Origin: Candidatus Latescibacterota bacterium
GTDB taxonomy: Bacteria > Latescibacterota > UBA2968 > GCA-2709665
Direction of reading: 5' to 3'
DNA length: 64,000 nt
NCBI GenBank assembly: GCA_965248435.1
Contig: OZ252100.1
Coordinates: 5,536,001-5,600,000 of the forward strand
Part shown: positions 1 to 7,900 of the stretch, in pieces
Numbering within the stretch: position 1 is the first letter of the stretch
How the letters are laid out: each line of letters begins with the position of its first letter
Program-made: the position numbers and the translations under genes
The notes under the pieces: generated by a model
Seen by the model: only the letters and a program-made list of their open reading frames with translations
Told to the model about the DNA's origin: nothing
Databases searched by the model: none

Positions 1-1
1 T

Positions 2-1537
2 CTTGTCAAGATCGTTCGCTTGCCGAGCGGCCCCAACGGTGAGAAACAAGGTCTTGACGATTTCTTGGTGAGTGCAGGCCGTGACCGGTTTGAACAACTT
101 TTACTTGAGGCTGGTGATCCTGTGGAACCTGTAAGTGATTCTTGGCGTCCCTGGTTCAAAGTCAGTAAACGGGGTAGAACTCTCCTTCCTGGGGTCCTTG
201 CCAGTATTCTGGCAGAGACAGAAAGGGCTGCCGAGGACTGGGACAAATGGAGGAAAGAAGGTAAGCCTGTAGATGTGGTAATGGACGAAATCAGAAGAAT
301 AGCAGATGGAGCTTCGATCATCTTCGCTGCACGAGAGTTCTACATCTATACCCCGTCGAAGCCCGGTGTTTGGATGCCGGCGGACCCTGAGATCGTGAAA
401 GGATGGGTCACAGAGATTATCGGTTCACACTTTGCCCGTATATCGGGTATACGCGATGTGCTGGAGCAGCTGCAAGGTTTGGCATTTCGCGATTCATCGG
501 CCCTCAATAGTGAGTCTGGCTACCTCAACCTCCGAAATGGAATGCTGAACCTTGAGACTTATGAGCTTGAAAGTCATCGGAAGGAAGCGTATTCCACAAT
601 CCAGCTAGACGTGGTGTTTGACAAGGAGGGCGACTGCCCCCGTTTCAAAAAGTTCCTAGACCAAGTCATCGTTGACGAAAACATGCAGCCTGATCGAGAA
701 GCACAGGCCGTAGCGCAAGAGTTCGCGGGATACTCGTTAACAACAGACACTCGACACGAGAAAGCCCTCCTGTTGGAGGGAGACGGCTCAAATGGCAAGT
801 CGGTACTACTGGGAATCCTGGAGAAACTGGTCGGCCGCGGGAACCTCTCGTGTGTGCCTCTTGAGCGGCTCGACGACCAGTTCCGTCTTGCGCAGTTGCA
901 TGGCAAGCTCCTGAACTTGGCCGCAGAAGTCCCAGCCAGGGGCAGAAATATGATCAACGCAGATCTATTCAAGCAGATTGTTTCCGGCGATCTCGTGCAG
1001 GCCGCGAAAAAGTTCAAGCCGCCCTTCACGTTCCACCCGGTGGCGAAGCACATCTTCGCGATGAACACGCTGCCCCGGATTTACGACACCTCCCACGGAT
1101 TTTGGAGAAGGATCTTGGTTGTGAGGTTCCGCCGGACGTTCTCCGAGCCCGAGCAGGACAAGGACCTGGCTGCCAAACTGGGAGAAGAGATGCCGGGGAT
1201 CCTGAATTGGGCACTAGCGGGGCTTTGCATGTTGCGAGAACGGGGTCGGTTCACCGACGCGCTCTCAGTCCGGGAGGTCACGGAGGAGTTCCGAAGGCAG
1301 TCCAATCCTGTGTCGGCATTCGTTGAGGAATGTTGCGAGGTTGGGGATCCAGAGTGGTGGACGTCGTCAACAAAGTTGTATGATGCCTACAAGGCGTGGG
1401 CTGACGAGAACGGCCTGAAACCGCTCGCCTCGAATTGGTTCGGGCGGGATCTTCCTCGCCACGATACTCGGATACACAAGTCCAAGGCCCAGGGCGAACG
1501 TGGATGGGAAGGGATAAAGCTCATTTTTGGACAGTAA
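2..1537 (+). CDS. P4/D5-family primase-helicase (SF3 helicase), 5'-truncated by the window edge
   Basis: Frame open from base 2 (LVKIVRLPSGPNGEKQGLDDFL, resembling a Toprim/DUF3854-type tail); D5_N-like YLNLRNGMLNLETYEL; Walker A GDGSNGKS; motif C FAMNTLP; FWRR arginine finger; C-terminal winged helix. Confidence 0.9.
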   Translation, partial: LVKIVRLPSGPNGEKQGLDDFLVSAGRDRFEQLLLEAGDPVEPVSDSWRPWFKVSKRGRTLLPGVLASILAETERAAEDWDKWRKEGKPVDVVMDEIRRIADGASIIFAAREFYIYTPSKPGVWMPADPEIVKGWVTEIIGSHFARISGIRDVLEQLQGLAFRDSSALNSESGYLNLRNGMLNLETYELESHRKEAYSTIQLDVVFDKEGDCPRFKKFLDQVIVDENMQPDREAQAVAQEFAGYSLTTDTRHEKALLLEGDGSNGKSVLLGILEKLVGRGNLSCVPLERLDDQFRLAQLHGKLLNLAAEVPARGRNMINADLFKQIVSGDLVQAAKKFKPPFTFHPVAKHIFAMNTLPRIYDTSHGFWRRILVVRFRRTFSEPEQDKDLAAKLGEEMPGILNWALAGLCMLRERGRFTDALSVREVTEEFRRQSNPVSAFVEECCEVGDPEWWTSSTKLYDAYKAWADENGLKPLASNWFGRDLPRHDTRIHKSKAQGERGWEGIKLIFGQ

Positions 1538-1653
1538 TGGACAGCATGGACAGTACCCAACCTATTGTAGTGGTTTTTTTGAAAAGAAGCAGAGAAAGAG
1601 TATAAAAGAAGTAATAGATAGAGAAATGCTGTCCATGCCGTCCTGTGCCGTCT
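1528..1653. repeat. Iteron-type replication origin candidate
   Basis: TGGACAG at 1528, 1538 and 1547; inverted copies CTGTCC/CCGTCC/CCGTCT at 1626-1653; purine/AT-rich spacer between them; lies at the 3' end of the primase gene. Confidence 0.7.
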
Positions 1654-1666
1654 GGAGATAGAAATT

Positions 1667-2224
1667 ATGGCGATCCCTGATTTCCTACAGAAGTTTGTGA
1701 ACACGGTTGAGCCTGAACCGCCTGAGCCGTTACATCTCGCTTCCACCGCTGTCCCCCTGAGTGAGGGCAAAGGGCCTGTGAGGGTTTATTCCCGGATTCT
1801 GGATACGGAGGTATGCGTCATCCCTGATGATTGGGAGCAGGAAATGGATGCGCCTTCCTACACGCATTCCGAGCTGGAAAGGCTGAACCAGTTTAATGTC
1901 TCAGCGGAGGAACTTCGAGACATCCACCGGATAAGAGAGGAGTTGGGCGGGGAGATTGTTGATCCTGAGGACGGAATCCTAGAAAAGGATTGGAAGGCCA
2001 GGGTACAAAGGAGACTTGATCAACTATTCAAAAAATATCGGCATTCTCCCGCACCAACCCGGGACGAGGAAGAAAGATCCAACTATGTCTACACCGCCCC
2101 TGAAGCCGAAGGATGGAGCACGCACAGATGGGGACAGCCAGAACCAGTGGGTCGGGGGATCGATGAGGCTGCCGCGGTCGAAGACCTATATCTCAAAGAG
2201 AGCAAGGATGGAGAAGAGAAGTGA
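1667..2224 (+). CDS. Hypothetical phage/satellite protein
   Basis: 185-aa ORF with GGAG upstream, co-directional between primase and terminase; no recognisable catalytic motif. Confidence 0.65.
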   Translation: MAIPDFLQKFVNTVEPEPPEPLHLASTAVPLSEGKGPVRVYSRILDTEVCVIPDDWEQEMDAPSYTHSELERLNQFNVSAEELRDIHRIREELGGEIVDPEDGILEKDWKARVQRRLDQLFKKYRHSPAPTRDEEERSNYVYTAPEAEGWSTHRWGQPEPVGRGIDEAAAVEDLYLKESKDGEEK

Positions 2225-2437
2225 TCTACACAGAGAACTCGCAATCAACACATCACATTTCAATGTTTTGGAGGTGGAAAGCCAATGCGACCCCGACTGC
2301 CGCCTAAGATAGGATAACACAAGAACGAAGCCGCGAACTTTAGCGAAAGTTGGGCAGGGTCACCAACCTTCGTTGCGGCCCTGCCCACATAGAGTGAAGA
2401 TCCTCATAGATCGATACACTCGCAAACTAAAGGACGG

Positions 2438-3055
2438 GTGAAACAGAGAAACGCCATGGGCGCAAAGAAACAGAGAACCTATCACGAATCCATCAAGGCC
2501 GCAGTCGTTGCGGATCTGGTGCTCCATAAAGGCTCAATCAGAGAGATCGCCGAGCGTCACAAAGTTGAAGCCGGTACCGTGCGGCAGTGGAACACCACGA
2601 TACGAAAGCAGGTTGAGCTGATCATGGGGCTGGTGAGCCAGAAGGTCGCCCGCGGAGATGAGGATTGGGAGAGAGAACTTCCAAGGCTGCAAATTCGTGC
2701 GGAGAAGGGATTCTGGAGACATTTCGTAAACTCAATCGAGGCCCTCGAGGTAATATCGGAGGTGAGCAAAGATAAAGACTGGCTCAAAGCACAAACCGGA
2801 GCTGAGATTTCCCCCATTTATGACCGTCTTGAAGGATCCGTGCTCAGGACTATGGCTGGACAGGAACGGAGAGCACGGGAACTTGCAGAGCGAGAGGCGG
2901 CTGGCAGAGAAGCAGGCGAGCGCGGGTCAGGTGCCGTACCAGAAGTGGGTGGCGGAGAACCTGAAGATCATCAGCGAAGAGGGGCAACTGATCCCGCTGG
3001 TCTACACGTCGAGTCAGAGCAAGATCAACGAGACGTGGGACAGAGCGAAGACTGA
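2438..3055 (+). CDS. terS: Terminase small subunit-like HTH protein (ATG 2456 is an alternative start)
   Basis: N-terminal HTH (SIREIAERHKVEAGTVRQW), helical oligomerisation region, directly upstream of and overlapping TerL. Confidence 0.6.
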   Translation: MKQRNAMGAKKQRTYHESIKAAVVADLVLHKGSIREIAERHKVEAGTVRQWNTTIRKQVELIMGLVSQKVARGDEDWERELPRLQIRAEKGFWRHFVNSIEALEVISEVSKDKDWLKAQTGAEISPIYDRLEGSVLRTMAGQERRARELAEREAAGREAGERGSGAVPEVGGGEPEDHQRRGATDPAGLHVESEQDQRDVGQSED

Positions 3056-4658
3056 ACAGGAGCACCTGCGCCTGCTGATCCTGAAGTGCCGGCGCATCCG
3101 TGCATCTACGTGCGTGGCGTCTAGGGTTTTCGAGCGCGGCCTGCGGTCTGATTTGAAGGGGCAGGCTCTAACTCTGGCAAGCGATGAGCGGATCACCGAT
3201 GAGTTGTATTGGATCACTCGAAGATTCCGTGATAACCTCATGGACTGTCCGCCCCAACTCTACTCCAACCGCAAGGAGATCATCTTCGCACCGCCGGTGG
3301 ACTTTAGGTTCACCTACCAGGCCGGGCATGAATACGCTGGAACGGCAGCCACCCTGCACGTAGTTCACATCACCGAGCTTGCCAAGTGGCGAGATGCACA
3401 GACCACGATGGGCGCGCTTATGCCGGCGGCTTGGAAGGCAGACGTTGTTGTTGAATCCACGGCCAATGGAATGCTGGGTAAGGGTGAATACTTCTACAAC
3501 ATGTGCAAACGTGCTATGGCCGGAGAAAACGAATGGGAATTTTTGTTCATCCCTTGGTTTGAGCACGATGAGTACCTGATTCCGGCTTCGCAGGCTCGGT
3601 TCGACCGAATCATGGATGAACCGTTGGGAGACGAGGAGCGGGCGTTACAAGACGCCTATGACTTGACCGATGAGCAACTTGCTTGGCGTCGGAACTTCAT
3701 TGCCACGGATTACTCTGGTGATGTTGATATGTTCCGCCAGGATTTTCCCTCTAGCATCGATGACGCGTTTCTGCGAGTCGAGGGCCGCAGAGTCTTCCCG
3801 ATCCAAACGTGCCGCATCAACAAACTCAAATCCGCAGAGCCCAAAGCCGTTGGGCGGCTGTATTGGAAAGTGAAGCCGGTGCTCGATTCGTCTGGCAAGT
3901 GTGTGAATAGGAAAGACCTGGAGGTAGAGTTCGGGCACGACGAGAACGGACCCCTTAGGGTGTGGGCTTTCCCTCCCACGGAAGATGAAGTGATTACACA
4001 CAGATTTGTTGGCGCCGCCGACATTGCGCGAGGGGTTGAAGGCGGGGACAGTAATTCCGCAGTGATTCTTGACAGGTTCCACCACCGCATCGTCGCTACA
4101 TGGCACGAACTCTGTGATGCGTCGCTTTTCGGGGAATACCTAGCGCGATTGGCCGTCTGGTATGGGGCCGAGATAGCCCCAGAAAACAACGATGCCGGCC
4201 ACGCCACGGTGGTCAAACTATTGGACTTGCTGGGGAGCGATGGTGCGTGGGCAAGTCGAAAGTATGAACCCGGATCCAACCTCAAGGAGTTCGAGGCAGC
4301 GAAGTGGGGTTGGAAGACTACACACGCAAACCACGAGCTCATGGTTCAAGGGCTTCTCGACGTGATCCGGGAAGACCAATGGGTAGACCCAGACGAAGCC
4401 TTTTGGACAGAGGCGATAAACGTTGTCCGGGAGCCATCGGGCAAAGCTCACATTACGGGGATGGACAGGGTTGCATGCAGGTGCATCCTTGCGATAGTGG
4501 ACAGGCTGTTGCCGATGGCCAAATCAGGGACGGAAAAAGTGGAGAGAAAGGACTCCTACAAGAAAAAGAGGAGGCTTTCTGATGAAGAGGAGAGGGCAAG
4601 AAGGATTATGAAGACGATTGGGATCAGACCGTATAAGCGGGATTGGAGGGCGATGTGA
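2820..4658 (+). CDS. terL: Terminase large subunit (real start possibly GTG 2931)
   Basis: Walker A-like LLILKCRRIRAST, Walker B HVVHITE, coupling motif VVESTANG, FIPWF, RNase H nuclease GADIARGVEGGDSN, PENND. Confidence 0.85.
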   Translation: MTVLKDPCSGLWLDRNGEHGNLQSERRLAEKQASAGQVPYQKWVAENLKIISEEGQLIPLVYTSSQSKINETWDRAKTEQEHLRLLILKCRRIRASTCVASRVFERGLRSDLKGQALTLASDERITDELYWITRRFRDNLMDCPPQLYSNRKEIIFAPPVDFRFTYQAGHEYAGTAATLHVVHITELAKWRDAQTTMGALMPAAWKADVVVESTANGMLGKGEYFYNMCKRAMAGENEWEFLFIPWFEHDEYLIPASQARFDRIMDEPLGDEERALQDAYDLTDEQLAWRRNFIATDYSGDVDMFRQDFPSSIDDAFLRVEGRRVFPIQTCRINKLKSAEPKAVGRLYWKVKPVLDSSGKCVNRKDLEVEFGHDENGPLRVWAFPPTEDEVITHRFVGAADIARGVEGGDSNSAVILDRFHHRIVATWHELCDASLFGEYLARLAVWYGAEIAPENNDAGHATVVKLLDLLGSDGAWASRKYEPGSNLKEFEAAKWGWKTTHANHELMVQGLLDVIREDQWVDPDEAFWTEAINVVREPSGKAHITGMDRVACRCILAIVDRLLPMAKSGTEKVERKDSYKKKRRLSDEEERARRIMKTIGIRPYKRDWRAM

Positions 4659-4941
4659 AGAGTACAAGATTGGAAACTGTGGGGCGGATTTCATAATGAT
4701 TTGGGCGGCGGGTTAAGAGGGCTCCAAGCCTCCCACGGCGGCCAGACCAGCCAGGACAGCCAACCATAGCGAAAGAGCCTAGAAAGACTTTTCCTATGAC
4801 AAGATTCTTGTTTGGTGCGGTCATCACCAATTAGTCTCGCCTAAGCATTTATAAATAAATATGTTAAGCGAAATAGGTTCAATCTTGGAGACGGAAGGCA
4901 CGAGATTTGCAAAGGGAAAGTCCCTAAGAATTTCGTTTGCC

Positions 4942-4970
4942 TTGCCGATTTATATTACATATAGTATACT
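4942..4970 (+). promoter_or_regulatory. Sigma70 promoter of the hicAB-secB operon with an overlapping imperfect palindrome (possible HicB operator)
   Basis: TTGCCG-17 nt-TATACT; TATATTACATATAGTATA (4951-4968) is 14/18 self-complementary. Confidence 0.6.
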
Positions 4971-5050
4971 TTCTCTGTGAAATATTCCCCACCATTTTCA
5001 CGCATATCTAGGAGGATCTATATGAAAACACCTGCTCTGGGTAACCATGG

Positions 5051-5335
5051 ATGGCCAAACTTGATGATTTACTCGTAAGGTGGAAGCTGGACCCACCCAC
5101 AGATGCCCCAGTCAGAGATGTTTGGAAGGTTCTGGAGGCATATTTTGCCGAAGTTGGGTGGGGTAGGAGTAGCCATATCAAAGCCCGAGACTCAGCCCTG
5201 ATCCGCACCCCCGGCTGTGGGGTCACAGGAACGCTTGACATTCCTACTATAAAGGGGCGAAGGGTGGCCAAAGTCTATCTTAAGGCGATTGTGAGCGCAG
5301 TCGAAATAATAGAGACAGAGGGATCGTCACAATGA
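5051..5335 (+). CDS. hicA: HicA-family toxin (mRNA interferase)
   Basis: 94 aa; GRSSH catalytic-His motif, IPTIKGRRVAKVYLK; ATGA overlap with hicB. Confidence 0.8.
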   Translation: MAKLDDLLVRWKLDPPTDAPVRDVWKVLEAYFAEVGWGRSSHIKARDSALIRTPGCGVTGTLDIPTIKGRRVAKVYLKAIVSAVEIIETEGSSQ

Positions 5336-5862
5336 AGCCCATTGAATATTACCTGAATCTGAACTACGGCATCGAGATCAAGCGGGTATCAGATGAGGAT
5401 GGTGGAGGCATAAGGGCATGCATTCCTAGGCTTGGCCGTTTCGCTGCGGTGGGACACGGCATAGATGTGATGGAGGCCCTTGGAGATCTTGAGGAAAGCA
5501 AAAAGGACTTGCTGGTGTATCACCTTGAGCACGATCTACTAATCCCAGAACCAGTCGATGAATTTGACGATTTGAGATCTTATAGTGGTCGATTCGTAGT
5601 AAGACTCCCATCAGACATGCATCGCCGACTTGCAGAATCCGCGAAGGCCAATAACACGACAATGAACCAGTACTGTACTACGCTTCTGGCTATGAATTAT
5701 CCCCTCGAACGGGTTAAGTCAGAAATCAAGGAGATGTGCGAAAGTGTCCGGGATGTTGTTGATCACATTTGGGATGATATACTAATCGTAAATGGGTATG
5801 AAGATGCCAAAGAACAGGACAAATCCGACGACCGCCCAGCCTTTGGAGTGCAAGCAGCCTAG
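5332..5862 (+). CDS. hicB: HicB-family antitoxin with RHH domain and C-terminal extension
   Basis: YYLNLNYGIEI...DGGG...IPEP HicB N-domain; YSGRFVVRLPSDMHRRLAESAK RHH; about 55-aa extra tail. Confidence 0.88.
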   Translation: MKPIEYYLNLNYGIEIKRVSDEDGGGIRACIPRLGRFAAVGHGIDVMEALGDLEESKKDLLVYHLEHDLLIPEPVDEFDDLRSYSGRFVVRLPSDMHRRLAESAKANNTTMNQYCTTLLAMNYPLERVKSEIKEMCESVRDVVDHIWDDILIVNGYEDAKEQDKSDDRPAFGVQAA

Positions 5863-6301
5863 TAGTGAGGGAACGGAGGAAGGGCTGTCTCCTAGAGAGT
5901 TTCGAGGCTACCTTGAAGGCATCGAATTGGTGGGGATCAGCCTCAAGAGCCTCTCGGCTCAAGTAAACGATGAGCTGCGCGGCGAGAGGGTTGGTGGTGT
6001 CAATTTCAAGGACTCCCAAGAATATGCGCAGTTCGAAGGTGGATTCAAAATCAGATACACTGGCACCTTGTCGGTTCGAGCTAAAAGGAAGGTCTTTGTA
6101 AAGATCCAGACCGTCTATGAGCTTGATTTTACCTCACGTGCGGATCTTCCCGATGGCTTTTTTCAAATTTACATGCAAGAATCTCTGCCTCTTCAGGTCT
6201 GGCCGTTTGTGCGTCAAACATTCTACGATATTACTGCCCGTATGAATCTCCCAACCCTGACACTTCCGCTTCGCAAAACGTCAGGAATCGGATCCCGCTA
6301 G
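5792..6301 (+). CDS. SecB-like chaperone (third gene of a TAC module); start uncertain
   Basis: SecB C-terminal signature VWPFVRQTFYDITARMNLPTLTLP, preceded by four beta-strands; overlaps the hicB end. Confidence 0.8.
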   Translation: MGMKMPKNRTNPTTAQPLECKQPSSEGTEEGLSPREFRGYLEGIELVGISLKSLSAQVNDELRGERVGGVNFKDSQEYAQFEGGFKIRYTGTLSVRAKRKVFVKIQTVYELDFTSRADLPDGFFQIYMQESLPLQVWPFVRQTFYDITARMNLPTLTLPLRKTSGIGSR

Positions 6302-6340
6302 TTCATGTTCCTGATCCTTATCTTCCTGGATCATCCCCCG

Positions 6341-6440
6341 ATTAGCCGCGATGTTTCCGAACAGCACGAAGCAACGACAGTATCTCCCTCCTCAGCTCAG
6401 GCGGCGTCGCCTCAAATTCTTCCAGCCACCGGGCCCTGGC
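6341..6440 (-). pseudogene. Relic of the C-terminus of the 9432-9881 repressor
   Basis: Minus strand reads RARWLEEFEATPPELRREILSLLRAVRKHRG*, nearly identical to EWLEEFEATPPELRREILSLLRAIRK of the repressor; the DNA repeat matches about 9495-9560. Confidence 0.85.
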
Positions 6441-6460
6441 TCCGGCTGTAGGCGTAAATA

Positions 6461-6498
6461 GCAGGAGGCCGGAGGTTCAAATCCTTTCGCCCCGACCA
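6461..6498 (+). mobile_element. tRNA 3'-half fragment (tRNA-Pro-like), probable att site
   Basis: GCAGGAGGCCGGAGGTTCAAATCCTTTCGCCCCGACCA: T-arm with GTTCAAATC, acceptor strand and CCA; no 5' half upstream. Confidence 0.75.
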
Positions 6499-6512
6499 CA
6501 TCCTACATTAAG

Positions 6513-6567
6513 CGGGTAGAACGACTTGGGGGGATCATACTCGCCGGGTCTTTCTGCCCGTTTTTTT
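6513..6567 (+). terminator. Intrinsic terminator-like hairpin after the tRNA fragment
   Basis: CGGGTAGAA(C)GAC...GTCTTTCTGCCCG followed by T7. Confidence 0.55.
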
Positions 6568-6590
6568 ATCTACGCCCTGTCTACAACGTA

Positions 6591-7652
6591 GTGGGGTTTC
6601 GCTGGACCGGAGACAGTATGGACCTTCCCGATGTGACCAACATGAGTTACAAAGGATTTGAGATCAGCTGCTTTGCCAACCCACGGAGGGGGACGCGATA
6701 CAGCTATTGTGCGTTTGTGTATCGAGAGCCCGGCCATGAGCTGCTCTTCAGAGTTGAGGCGTATACCACACACGCCCATATGGCGGCGCAAGACCGTTCA
6801 GAGGAGAGTCGCCATTGGGCAGAGAGACTGCTTGAAGTGAGCATGGATGTCGCAAAGGGCCGGGTTGACCTCGGAGAGTACGAGGTTGGGCAACTATACG
6901 AGCAAGAAGTTGCATATGACGATCAGGAGGACGAGCTTCTGCCTGTCTTATCCGGCGACACGATTTCGCACTTGCAGATAGGCAAACTGATTCTACGGAG
7001 CTTGGGCGACCTCAGGGAGAGGTCCGGAGAGAGCTACCGGAAGGCAAGTCTCAACGTTAGTGGTCTCTGTACGGTGTTGGGCATCGATCAGAATCAATAC
7101 TACCTTTCGGTTGAAAACTTGCTTGCTGACAATCTGATCGAAGCCAGACATGAGAGAGAGAAGTCAATCAAACACGGTGAGCTTTTTATTTCTGCGAATG
7201 GCGTGAAGGCCCTTGCAGGGGGGCTTGGAGAATCCAGACTATCCCCCACAGTTGGAGCATTTGTCTCGGAAACCCGGCTTCAGGAGCTTCGCGATCTGAA
7301 ACCGGTGAAGTTTGACTTTCGGAAACTCATTCGCCTCTGCGAGGAGTTGAACGAAAGCTACTACGCTGGCTCTTACTTCTGTGTAGGCATGACAGTACGT
7401 GCTATAATGGATCACATCCCGCCGATTTTTGGGTTTACGTCTTTCCTCAGTTTCGCAAACCAGTATGGAGGCAGTAAGTCCTTCAAAGATCTAATGAAAC
7501 GGCTCGAAGAGACCTTCAGAAAACTCGGTGATGCATACCTTCACACGCAGATAAGAAACTCAGAGACTCTCCCGAACGAAAACCAGGTGGAGTTCAGGTC
7601 TGAGATGGATATGCTCCTTGCAGAGATTGTCCGGGTTTCGACCCAAGTGTAG
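6591..7652 (+). CDS. Hypothetical protein with C-terminal HEPN-like domain
   Basis: C-terminal helical domain LIRLCEELN...VRAIMDHIPP...RKLGDAYLH; central winged-helix-like segment; ATG 6618 is an alternative start. Confidence 0.55.
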   Translation: MGFRWTGDSMDLPDVTNMSYKGFEISCFANPRRGTRYSYCAFVYREPGHELLFRVEAYTTHAHMAAQDRSEESRHWAERLLEVSMDVAKGRVDLGEYEVGQLYEQEVAYDDQEDELLPVLSGDTISHLQIGKLILRSLGDLRERSGESYRKASLNVSGLCTVLGIDQNQYYLSVENLLADNLIEARHEREKSIKHGELFISANGVKALAGGLGESRLSPTVGAFVSETRLQELRDLKPVKFDFRKLIRLCEELNESYYAGSYFCVGMTVRAIMDHIPPIFGFTSFLSFANQYGGSKSFKDLMKRLEETFRKLGDAYLHTQIRNSETLPNENQVEFRSEMDMLLAEIVRVSTQV

Positions 7653-7900
7653 TCTCCAGAAAGTGCGGATCGATCCCAGCGAAGAGGCTGCAAAAGCCGT
7701 TTGTGAGTCGAACCCAGTGGACAGTTCGATCACAACACATATCCCTGGAAAGACCGGCTCCAGCCATACGCCCCGGGAAGTCTTGGATGAGCAGCGTGAT
7801 CGAGATCGCGTAGGAAAGGAGGGATGCCAGAACGATTCGTGTCCCTCCGAACCGGTTGCGTTTCGTAATGAGTTGATAAGGTGAATGGAGGAGGCAACAG

